A program made the translations under genes and the position numbers. From positions 640,001 through 704,000 of the forward strand of contig OY761614.1 of assembly GCA_963664825.1 (NCBI GenBank): a stretch of DNA of 64,000 nt, given 5' to 3'. A model generated the notes under the pieces. It worked only from the letters and a program-made list of their open reading frames with translations. It had not been told where the DNA came from and ran no database searches. Positions 32,910 through 43,815 of this stretch are shown in pieces. Numbering within the stretch: position 1 is the first letter of the stretch; each line of letters starts with the position of its first letter. Source of the stretch: an uncultured Holophaga sp. GTDB taxonomy: Bacteria > Acidobacteriota > Holophagae > Holophagales > Holophagaceae.

Positions 32910-35195
32910 TCACACCCCGAAATTAAGGGGGTCCCGATCCAGGGAAAGGGGGCCACCGGGCGCCAGGGGGGCGAGGCGAAGGGCTTCCCCCAGGGGTCCG
33001 CGAGTCCAGGCCTTGAGGATCAGTTGCATGCGGTAGCGGTCCTTGACCCTTGGGATGGGAGCCTCCAGGGGACCGAGCATGCGCAATCCGGCCACGGCCT
33101 GGAGGCTGGATTTCAGGGCCTGGAGGGGTGCCAGGGCTTCTTCGGGCGTATCGCCCTCGCTGCGGTAGAGGGAGAGCACCGCGAAGGGGGGATAGGCCAT
33201 CCCCTGGCGATAGGGCAGCTCCTCCAGGGCGAAGGCCTCGAAATCCTGGGCCACCGCATGCACGATGGCGGGATGATCCGGGCTGTAGGTCTGGAGGAGC
33301 ACCCTGCCGGGGAGTTCCGCCCGGCCCGCCCGGCCCGCCACCTGGGTCAACAGGTGGAAGGTGCGTTCCGCGGCCCGGAAATCCGAGATCTTCAGGCCCA
33401 GATCGGCGTTGAGGATGCCCACCAGGGTGAGTCTGGGAAAGGTGTGGCCCTTGGCGAGCATCTGGGTGCCCACGAGGATATCCACTTCGCCATTTTCGGC
33501 CGCCAGGAGCCCGGCCTCGAGGGAACCCCGGCGCTGGGTGGTATCCCGGTCCAGGCGCAGGATGCGGGCCGTAGGGAAGAGCTCCTGGAGCTGGTCCTCG
33601 ATCTGTTCGGTGCCTTCGCCCACACCCCGCAGATGCTCCGCGCCGCAGCTCGGGCAGACCTCAGGAGGAGCGGCTTCGAAGCCGCAGAGATGGCAGCGCA
33701 GCCGGTACGATCCCTTGTGGTAGGTGAGGCTGATGGAGCAGTGGGGACAATCCAGAGGCTTGCCGCAGGCCCGGCACATCCAGAAGTTCTCGAAGCCCCG
33801 GCGGTTCAACAGGAGCATGGACTGTTCGCCCTTTTCAAGGGTCTCCCCCAGGGCCTTCAGGAGCAGGGGCGAGAAGACCACCTTCTTGCGCTCGGTCTTG
33901 TAGCACTCCCGCAGATCCACCACCTTGACGGTGGGGAGCTGGCTGCCGAGCGGACGCTGTGTCAGTTTGAGCAGCCGGTAGCGCCCATTCTGGGCCGCGT
34001 GCCAGCTCTCCAGGCTGGGTGTGGCGCTGCCCAGCACCACCGGGCAATTCTCCAGTTGGCCGCGCTTGATGGCTAGGTCCCGAGCATTGATCCGGGGATG
34101 TTCCTCGCTCTTGTAGGAGGACTCCTGCTCCTCGTCCACCACGATGAGCCCGATCTGGCGGAGGGGCGCCAGCACCGCGTTGCGCACGCCCACGAAGATC
34201 GGGGCCTCGTCGTTGAGCAGGCGCATCACGTCGGCCTGTTTCTCCGTGGCGTTGAGGCCCGCATGGCCCACGGCCACCTTGCCCGGGAAGCGCCCCTCCA
34301 GCCGGGACAAGAGGCGGGGCGTCAGGCCGATCTCGGGCACGAGCCAGAGCACGCGGCGCCCCTTGGCGAGGGTCTTTTCCGCCAGATCCAGGTAGACCTC
34401 GGTCTTGCCCGAACCCGTCACGCCGAAGAGTAGGTAGGCCCCGAAGCCTTCGAGTTCCACGGCCCTGGAGGCCCGCACCTGCTCCTCGTTGAGCGTAACG
34501 AGTCGGTCCGGGGTCTCCTCGCGCTTCTGGGAGAGGAGATCCAGGCGCCGCACCCGCTCGATGAGGCCGTTGCGTTCCAATGTGCCCAGCACGGAGACGC
34601 CCACCTTGGCGACCTCCAGGACATCTTCCTCCAGCGCGGTCCCTCCAGCCTCCTCCAGCATCTGAAGCACACGGGCCTGTGTGGGCGTGACCTTGAGGGG
34701 GTGGGGCGTTTGAGTCCTCCGGACCTCCGTGATGCCCGCCCCCCGGAGGGAACGCCGATGGAAGAGCCCGGAGAGGGAGAGCTGCCCCTCATGCCAGGCC
34801 TGGCCCAGGCTCTCCAGCCCCGCCCAATCGGAGGCCTCCCGCAGCTCCGAGAGCCGCCGCCCATCCGGCAGCTGCATTTCCCAGTCCGCCTGCACGGCCG
34901 CAGGCAGGCAGAGGGCCATCAGGTGTGGGATGCCGCAGCCATAGTAGTGGCCGGCAAATTCGAGGAGCTCTCGCAATTTCGGAGGCAACAGGGGGAAGGG
35001 ATCCACCAGGGATTCGATGGGCCGCAGCTTCACCGCCGGGGGCGCGGGATCCGGCCCCAGCACCACGCCCACCAGGTTCCCGTTCCGCAGTTTCACGCGC
35101 ACCCTCAGGCCCGGGGGGAGGCCCTCGGGCGCGAGATAGGTGAGGGGCGGCAGGGGCCGCGCCAGTTCGATGCGGGTAGGGACGAGTCGGGTCAT
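32910..35195 (-). CDS. priA: Primosomal protein N' (replication restart helicase)
   Basis: GVTGSGKTEVY, LVPEIGLT, VDEEQ, LGSATPSLES, LNRRG, double zinc ribbon, GTQMLAKG. Confidence 0.97.
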   Translation of the reverse strand: MTRLVPTRIELARPLPPLTYLAPEGLPPGLRVRVKLRNGNLVGVVLGPDPAPPAVKLRPIESLVDPFPLLPPKLRELLEFAGHYYGCGIPHLMALCLPAAVQADWEMQLPDGRRLSELREASDWAGLESLGQAWHEGQLSLSGLFHRRSLRGAGITEVRRTQTPHPLKVTPTQARVLQMLEEAGGTALEEDVLEVAKVGVSVLGTLERNGLIERVRRLDLLSQKREETPDRLVTLNEEQVRASRAVELEGFGAYLLFGVTGSGKTEVYLDLAEKTLAKGRRVLWLVPEIGLTPRLLSRLEGRFPGKVAVGHAGLNATEKQADVMRLLNDEAPIFVGVRNAVLAPLRQIGLIVVDEEQESSYKSEEHPRINARDLAIKRGQLENCPVVLGSATPSLESWHAAQNGRYRLLKLTQRPLGSQLPTVKVVDLRECYKTERKKVVFSPLLLKALGETLEKGEQSMLLLNRRGFENFWMCRACGKPLDCPHCSISLTYHKGSYRLRCHLCGFEAAPPEVCPSCGAEHLRGVGEGTEQIEDQLQELFPTARILRLDRDTTQRRGSLEAGLLAAENGEVDILVGTQMLAKGHTFPRLTLVGILNADLGLKISDFRAAERTFHLLTQVAGRAGRAELPGRVLLQTYSPDHPAIVHAVAQDFEAFALEELPYRQGMAYPPFAVLSLYRSEGDTPEEALAPLQALKSSLQAVAGLRMLGPLEAPIPRVKDRYRMQLILKAWTRGPLGEALRLAPLAPGGPLSLDRDPLNFGV

Positions 35196-35215
35196 GCTTG
35201 AAGTAGACTAGACCC

Positions 35216-36235
35216 ATGTTGGTCCTCGGCCTCGAATCAAGCTGTGATGATTGTTCCGCTGCGGTGGTGGAGGAGACGGCCTCCGGCCCCGTCGCCAGAT
35301 CCATGGTGCGCAAGAGCCAGGACGAGATCCATGCGCCCTATGGTGGCGTGGTGCCGGAGCTGGCGGCCCGGGAGCACTTGCTCCAGCTGCGCAGCGTCAT
35401 CGGTCAGGCCCTGGCCCAGGCCGGCGTCACCTTCCGGGACCTGGACAGAATCGCGGTAACCCAAGGACCAGGCCTCGTTGGTTGCCTGCTCACCACCTTC
35501 AGCGCCGCCAAAGCCATCGCCTGGAGGGAGGGCATTCCCTGGGTGCCTGTCCACCATCTGCTGGGCCACCTCAACGCCGCCCGCTTCCAGGTCCCGGATC
35601 TGCCCTTCCCCGCCCTAGCCCTGCTGGTCTCCGGAGGCCACACCCATCTCTACAAGGCCACGGATTGGACCCACCTCCAGCTACTCCAGAAGACACGGGA
35701 CGACGCGGCGGGAGAGGCCTTCGACAAGACCGCCCGCATGCTGAACCTGGGCTATCCGGGAGGCCCCATCGTGGATGTCTGCGCACGGAAAGCCCTGGTG
35801 TCCGGAGCCCCCTTCACCGCCCCCAAATTCAGGGATGGCAAGGCGGCCTGGAGCTTCTCGGGGCTCAAGACCGGCGTGAAGATGCGCATCGCCTCCCAAC
35901 CGGGCCTGGAGAGCGCCGGCATCGAGGACCCGCGGGTCCAGTCCCTCTGCCGCATCCTTCAGGAGACCATCGCCAAATGGCTCCTCAAGCCCGTTGCCGA
36001 TTTCGCCCGGGAGACCGGGGCCCAGAGCCTCGTGGTCTCGGGAGGCGTGGCCTGCAATTCCGAGCTGCGAGCCCAAGCCAAGGCTCTGGCCGATCGGCTG
36101 GGGCTCCACCTCGCCATCCCCGAGCCGAGATTTTGCACCGACAATGGGGCCATGATCGCCTCGGCCGGAGCCCTCCTGCCCCCAGCGGAGGACCCGCTCC
36201 CGGTCAATGCCGACGCCAACCTCAAGCTGCCCTAG
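35216..36235 (+). CDS. tsaD: tRNA threonylcarbamoyltransferase TsaD
   Basis: LESSCDD, GGVVPELAAREH, HHLLGH, LLVSGGHT, DDAAGEAFDK, CTDNGAMIA. Confidence 0.97.
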   Translation: MLVLGLESSCDDCSAAVVEETASGPVARSMVRKSQDEIHAPYGGVVPELAAREHLLQLRSVIGQALAQAGVTFRDLDRIAVTQGPGLVGCLLTTFSAAKAIAWREGIPWVPVHHLLGHLNAARFQVPDLPFPALALLVSGGHTHLYKATDWTHLQLLQKTRDDAAGEAFDKTARMLNLGYPGGPIVDVCARKALVSGAPFTAPKFRDGKAAWSFSGLKTGVKMRIASQPGLESAGIEDPRVQSLCRILQETIAKWLLKPVADFARETGAQSLVVSGGVACNSELRAQAKALADRLGLHLAIPEPRFCTDNGAMIASAGALLPPAEDPLPVNADANLKLP

Positions 36236-36243
36236 GAGCCGCC

Positions 36244-36531
36244 ATGGAAGTCACCCGCGAGGATGTCCTGCGCTGTGCGCGCCTCACGAACCTCAGCCTC
36301 CGGGAAGAGGAGATCGAGCCCCTGCGCCGGGACATGACCCAGCTGCTCAGCCATGCCGAGAGCCTGAACAGCCTGTCCCTGGAAGGGGTGGAACCCACCA
36401 TCCATGGCCCGGGGATCGTCCTTCTGCGGCGGGAAGACCGGGTCCTCCCCGGTTTCAGCCAGGCCGAAGCCCTGGCCAACGCCCCCGACCAGGCGCGAGG
36501 ACATTTTCGTGTCCCCAAAGTGATCGGATGA
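36244..36531 (+). CDS. gatC: Asp/Glu-tRNA amidotransferase subunit C
   Basis: MEVTREDVLRCARL...EALANAP...FRVPKVI; AGGAG RBS. Confidence 0.92.
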   Translation: MEVTREDVLRCARLTNLSLREEEIEPLRRDMTQLLSHAESLNSLSLEGVEPTIHGPGIVLLRREDRVLPGFSQAEALANAPDQARGHFRVPKVIG

Positions 36532-36616
36532 AAGCGCCCATGATCTAAGATGAACGGGATCCATGCCGATTGATTCCCTGATCGGGCGTGCATCTCATTG
36601 AAGAGGCGGCAGATTC

Positions 36617-37297
36617 ATGAACCCGTACGAAGTCCTCGAGATCTCCCCCAACGCCTCCGCCGAGGAAATCAAGGAGGCCTACCACCTGCTCGCCAAGAAA
36701 TGGCACCCGGACCGTTTCATGGGCCAGGAGCATGAGGCCGCCGAACAGCGCTTCCGGGAGCTGGCCGAGGCCTTCGCCCAACTCAAGAACATGGACCACC
36801 CCCTCGCCCCGGCTCCCCAGGAGCCCTCTTCAGCCGCGCCGAAGGAAACAAATATTCCCCTGGCCACCTCGGTACCGCCGGCGGCCAGGACCACCCAGGA
36901 TTGGTACACGGAGGCCAAGGCCGCCTTCGATGCCCAGGATCTGGACCGGGCCCTGAGCCTCATCCATTACGCCCTGCGGATGGATACCGAGCGGGTGGAA
37001 TTCCACATGCTCTATGCGCAACTACTGGATCGCCCCGGAGGGGATGTCCGCAAGCTGATCCATACCCTCGAGCAGGTCCTGCGCCTGAACCCCAAGGAAG
37101 TCGACAGCGCCATTCGCCTGGCCCAGCTCTACCAGTCCGTGGGACTCAGCACCAAGGCCACCCGCATGTGGCAGACCGTGAGACGCATCGCCCCCGGCCA
37201 CAAGGTGTTCCAGCAACCGGCCAAGAGCGCCCCGGGCAGCCTCGGGGAGCAGTTCAGCGAACTGGTGGAGAAGATCAAGGGTTTCTTCAAGCGATAG
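36617..37297 (+). CDS. J-domain plus TPR-like protein
   Basis: NPYEVLEI...KKWHPD J domain followed by TPR-like helices. Confidence 0.88.
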   Translation: MNPYEVLEISPNASAEEIKEAYHLLAKKWHPDRFMGQEHEAAEQRFRELAEAFAQLKNMDHPLAPAPQEPSSAAPKETNIPLATSVPPAARTTQDWYTEAKAAFDAQDLDRALSLIHYALRMDTERVEFHMLYAQLLDRPGGDVRKLIHTLEQVLRLNPKEVDSAIRLAQLYQSVGLSTKATRMWQTVRRIAPGHKVFQQPAKSAPGSLGEQFSELVEKIKGFFKR

Positions 37298-37300
37298 GGG

Positions 37301-37933
37301 CTACCAGTCGCTTCCGCCTGAATCTCCGCCGGAGTCCCCCCAGTCGCCTCCGGAGTCTCCACCCGAATCTCCACCCCCATCGCCCCAATCGCCGCCGCTG
37401 GAGCCGGAATTCCCACCCCCCCAGCCATCGTCATCATGGTGATCGTGATGGTCGCCTCCGAGCATGCTGCCCAGCATCATGCCGGTGAGCAGTCCGCCCA
37501 TGCCGCCTCCCCCCTGCTGGTAGCCCGGTTGACCACCCATCATCGCCGAGCCGCCGTCCAGACCCATGCGCTGGCGGGCGCTGGGGGGCAATTCCTCGTC
37601 TTTTAGTTCCTGGATCTGAGTGTTGCCGCAGTAACCGCAGGTCCAGGTGACCCTGCGGAGCCCATCCCACTGCTGCTTCATCTTGTCACCCACGGCCGCG
37701 CAGTTCGGACACTTGGGATAGGGGTTGGCGAAGGTATGGGCCTGGAGCGGGCCGCTCTCCATGGGCCGCTTGGAGGCGCCCAGCAGTTCGGTCTTGTCGC
37801 GGCGCCCCTTCATCACGAAGTAGATCACCACCCCGATGGCCAGAAGGGCCAGGAAGCAGCCGAAGCCACTGCCACCGCCTTCGTCCCGACGACGCAGCAT
37901 GGATAGGTTGGATTGGAGGAGCATCGCCTGCAT
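37301..37933 (-). CDS. Hypothetical single-pass membrane protein with zinc ribbon and Gly/Asp-rich tail
   Basis: One TM helix, CPNC...CGYC, GGD(S/W) repeats. Confidence 0.75.
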   Translation of the reverse strand: MQAMLLQSNLSMLRRRDEGGGSGFGCFLALLAIGVVIYFVMKGRRDKTELLGASKRPMESGPLQAHTFANPYPKCPNCAAVGDKMKQQWDGLRRVTWTCGYCGNTQIQELKDEELPPSARQRMGLDGGSAMMGGQPGYQQGGGGMGGLLTGMMLGSMLGGDHHDHHDDDGWGGGNSGSSGGDWGDGGGDSGGDSGGDWGDSGGDSGGSDW

Positions 37934-38061
37934 GGAAGCCTCGCGGAACAGCCCTTAGCTTACGCCATGCCCGAAGCAAGGGGATGGGAAGGCGCCCACG
38001 GGCAGGAAAGGTCCTGTGAAGGGACGCGGTTCACCGGCCAACAGGCCCTATCATGGGCAGA

Positions 38062-39189
38062 ATGATCCTGATCCCCCCCGCCCCCCACTGGAATGTCCTC
38101 GGCCTCATGTCCGGCACCAGCGCCGATGGTACCGATGCGGTCCTAATTGACGTGGATCCAACGGGTTTCAAGGGGGGAGACCCCTTCCTGGCCTTCCTCG
38201 GGCACCACCACCTGCCCTACCCCCCGACCCTTCGGGAGGGCGTGCTGGCCGCCGCTGCCGATGCCCTGAAGCCCTCGGAGCTCTGCATCCTCCAGCGGCG
38301 CCTGGGGGAATGCCACGCGGCCGCGGCCCGGGCCCTCACCCAGGAACTGGGCCTGAAGCCCCATTTCGCCAGCCTCCACGGCCAGACGGTCCAGCACCGC
38401 CCCGAATCCGGCGCCACCCTGCAACTGGCGGATCCCTATGTTCTCGCCGAAGCCCTGGCATGCCCCGTGATCTGGGATCTCCGTCGCCGGGACATGGCCC
38501 TGGGAGGCCAGGGCGCGCCCCTGGTCCCCATGACCGAGCTCTGGCTCCACGACCAGACCCACCCCTGGGCGGCCTTGAACCTGGGAGGCATCGCCAATAT
38601 CACGGCCTGGGACGGCCTCCACGTGCAGGCCTGGGATCTCGGCCCGGCCATGAGCCTGCTGGATCTGGCGGCCCGGAAATGGCTGGACCTCCCCTTCGAT
38701 CCCGAGGGAGCCCACGCCACGGGCCGCGTCGCTTCAAGGCTGCTGGAGGGCTGGATGACCCATCCCCATTTCCAGATGGCCCCCCCGAAGTCCACCGGCA
38801 GGGAGGTCTTCGGCGCCGCCTGGCTCCAGGCCCAAAGTCCGGCCCTGGAAGCACTCCCCACCGAGGACCGCCTCGCCACACTGGCGGCCTTCTCGGCGGA
38901 AGCCTGCGCCCGGGAATACGCGCGCTGGGGCAGCCCCCTGCCGCTGGGAACGCCCCTCTGGATCTCGGGTGGCGGGGCGCGCCATGGCCGCCTGGCCAGG
39001 GAACTGGCCCAGCGCCTGCCGGATTTCCGGATAGAGCAGGACCGGGCCTTCCCGTCGGGCGCCCGGGAAGCCGTCAGCTGGGCCCTGCTGGGGGCGGCCA
39101 GCGCCGCGGGCCTGCCGGGCAATCTCCCTTCGGTGACCGGGGCCCGCGGCCCGGCCATCCTCGGCAGCTGGGTCCCCGGGAAGGGGTGA
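38062..39189 (+). CDS. anmK: Anhydro-N-acetylmuramic acid kinase
   Basis: GLMSGTSADGTD, HGQT, GGQGAPLVP, NLGGIANIT, PPKSTGRE. Confidence 0.95.
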   Translation: MILIPPAPHWNVLGLMSGTSADGTDAVLIDVDPTGFKGGDPFLAFLGHHHLPYPPTLREGVLAAAADALKPSELCILQRRLGECHAAAARALTQELGLKPHFASLHGQTVQHRPESGATLQLADPYVLAEALACPVIWDLRRRDMALGGQGAPLVPMTELWLHDQTHPWAALNLGGIANITAWDGLHVQAWDLGPAMSLLDLAARKWLDLPFDPEGAHATGRVASRLLEGWMTHPHFQMAPPKSTGREVFGAAWLQAQSPALEALPTEDRLATLAAFSAEACAREYARWGSPLPLGTPLWISGGGARHGRLARELAQRLPDFRIEQDRAFPSGAREAVSWALLGAASAAGLPGNLPSVTGARGPAILGSWVPGKG

Positions 39190-39195
39190 AGGCCC

Positions 39196-41174
39196 GTGAA
39201 ATTCGCCCGCTGGATCGATCATCTGCCGCCCTGGATCTCCTTGGGCGCCATCGCGAGCACCGGGTCGTTCACGGCCTTGGAACTCGCCGTCATGGTCGCC
39301 CCCCTCGCTGCGGCGATCCTGGTGGAGGCCCGGCATTGGAACGCCCTGCGCTGCCGCAGGCTCCTGGAACTGGGCGCGGTAGGCGCCCTCCTGCTCCAGA
39401 TCCTGCTGGGAATCGGCCTGGTACCCACCACCGTCAACACCCTCTTCCTGCTCTGCGGGATCCGCCTGGCCCTGCCCAGGGGCCTCCCCCAGCGCCGCCA
39501 GCTGCTGCTGATGGGTTTCCTCCTCTTCCTGGTGACCTCCATCGCCACGTTCGAATTGGAGTTTCTCTTCTGGGCCCTGGCCTGGACGGCCGGGACCTCC
39601 CTGGTGCTGCTGTACCAGACCTGGGAGGCCTCCTCCTCCCTGGGGAGAAATGCCTCCCAGCCTCCGCCCCACCGGCAGGTGCTGCCCTGGACGGCGGCCT
39701 GCCTCCTGCTGGGAAGCCTCTGCTTCGTCATCCTGCCCCGCCAAACCCTGGGACTCCGTTTCTTCCCCTGGGGCGTGGCGGGCCTTTCGGGTAGCACGGC
39801 AGGCCTCAGCAACCGGGTGGAGTTCTTCGACAAGGGCCCCATCTCCAGGAATGGGGAGGTCGTGCTCCGCATCCTCCCCGCCGATCCACCCAGCGAGGCC
39901 CGTAGGCAACGCTTCGAAGAGGCCTTCGGGCTCCTCCGGGGCCTCACCCTGGAGGGCCTGGAGGGCCAGCGCTGGGAGACCCTCCCGGATACGCCCCCCG
40001 CTCCCCAGTTCCTGGCGAGCGACTACGAATGGGAGCACAGGCAGGAATCCCCAGGCCGCCTGGGGGCCGAGCTCTTCGTCGCCCCCAACCCCTTCGGCCT
40101 CATCCCCCTGCCCGCGGGCTGGGTGGGCCCCCTGCCGCCTCCGGGCATGACCCTGCGCCGGGGCCCCGGGGGCAGCACACGCTGGGAGACCCCTTCCCGC
40201 AGGCCTGTGCCCCTGAGGATCCTCGTGGATCCCCACCCCTCCAGCGAGGGCCCCATGCGGGCCTCGAGGCTTTCTCTGCTGACCTTCCCGGGCACGGGCA
40301 CGGAGGCCGCCCTGGCCTGGAGCCGTCGCATCGCGCCGGGGGACGCCGCCCCCGGGGAACTGGCCCAACGCCTAGCCGCCGAGCTGCGCTCCTATACCTA
40401 CACCCTGGAAAACCCCAGCGGAGCCGCCGCCAACCCCTTGCAGGATTTCCTGGAACGCACCCGGGCGGGCCACTGCGAATACTTCGCCTCGGCCCTGGCC
40501 ATTGCTTTGCGCCACCGGGGCGTCCCGGCCCGGGTGGTGAACGGCTACCGGCTGGGCCCCTGGATCCAGGAGGGTGGCTACTGGCTCGTCACCCAGGATC
40601 AGGCCCATAGCTGGGTCGAGTACTTCGATGGGGCGCAGCGGACCTGGATCACCGAGGACCCCACACCCCCGGGGCCCCGGAGCGGGATGGCCTCGGAGAC
40701 CCTCTGGGGCTCCCTCCAGCGCTGGACGGATGCCCTGGGTTTCCAATGGGATCGCCATGTGATGCGATTCTCCGACGAGGATCAGATGGCGGGACTGGCC
40801 TGGATCCAGGCTCAGGCCGCTCACCTGCCCCACTGGAGACCGGAACGCCGAACCTGCCTAGCCCTGGGATGGGCCTTGGCGCTCCTACTGGGTTTCCGCC
40901 TGGCCCGCCGAGTCTTGCCCCCTCGCCCCCCCTCTGGCCCCAAGGGGATCCTCGCCCTCAAGCCTCTGCTCCGAAAGGCCGAAGGACGCTTCCCCCCCGC
41001 CCAGGGCGAGACGGCCAGAAGGTGGCTCCAACGCCTAGGCGAGGCGCAGCCTCAATCCCGGTCGAAGTTCCTGGCCCTGGCCGAGGAAGTGGACGCCGTA
41101 GGCTACGGGGGCCGGGAGGACACCCACCTGAAGCGCCTAGCCCGGGAAGCGGCCCAGGACTTCGGGAGAAAAGA

Positions 41175-41178
<4 letters not shown>
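39196..41178 (+). CDS. TgpA-like membrane transglutaminase-family protein
   Basis: N-terminal TM bundle; GHCEYFASA (Cys), AHSWVE (His), DPTP (Asp) triad. Confidence 0.9.
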
Positions 41179-43454
<2,276 letters not shown>

Positions 43455-43609
43455 CCCTCGAGTCTAGCAAGCCTGTGGCGCGAGGCCTTGATCGGAGAGA
43501 AGGGAGGGTCACAGAGCCCATCGCGGAGAACAGCACACTACCCGCGCCAGGACACTGCTGCCGCTGGGTCTCAGTGCGAGGTTTCAGAACGTCTATCCAT
43601 CCTGCCCCG

Positions 43610-43813
43610 TCACCCAGCTTTGCCCCGAAGTCCACCCTTAGCCGCCCCAAGAGCTTCTCTGCAAACCTGGACCAAGCCTCCCGAACCAGATCCTGGGTGG
43701 AGCCCGTCTCCACGATTCACCCAGGCATCAATCCAGGGGCGAACCCAAGCCAATCAGCGCCGGATGACTGGCGCCTCGTTTTTGACGATCATGTTGAGAT
43801 AAAGGGTGGGCAA
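43610..43813 (-). pseudogene. Decayed GT2-family glycosyltransferase, N-terminal remnant
   Basis: LPTLYLNMIVKNEAPVIRR*LAWVRPWIDAWV, then after a frameshift IVETGSTQDLVREAW...VDFG. Matches the GT2 pattern CLNMIVKNE...RCL.SV...D..VIVDTGSTD. Premature TGA at 43754-43756. 3' limit approximate. Confidence 0.85.
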
Positions 43814-43815
43814 GC

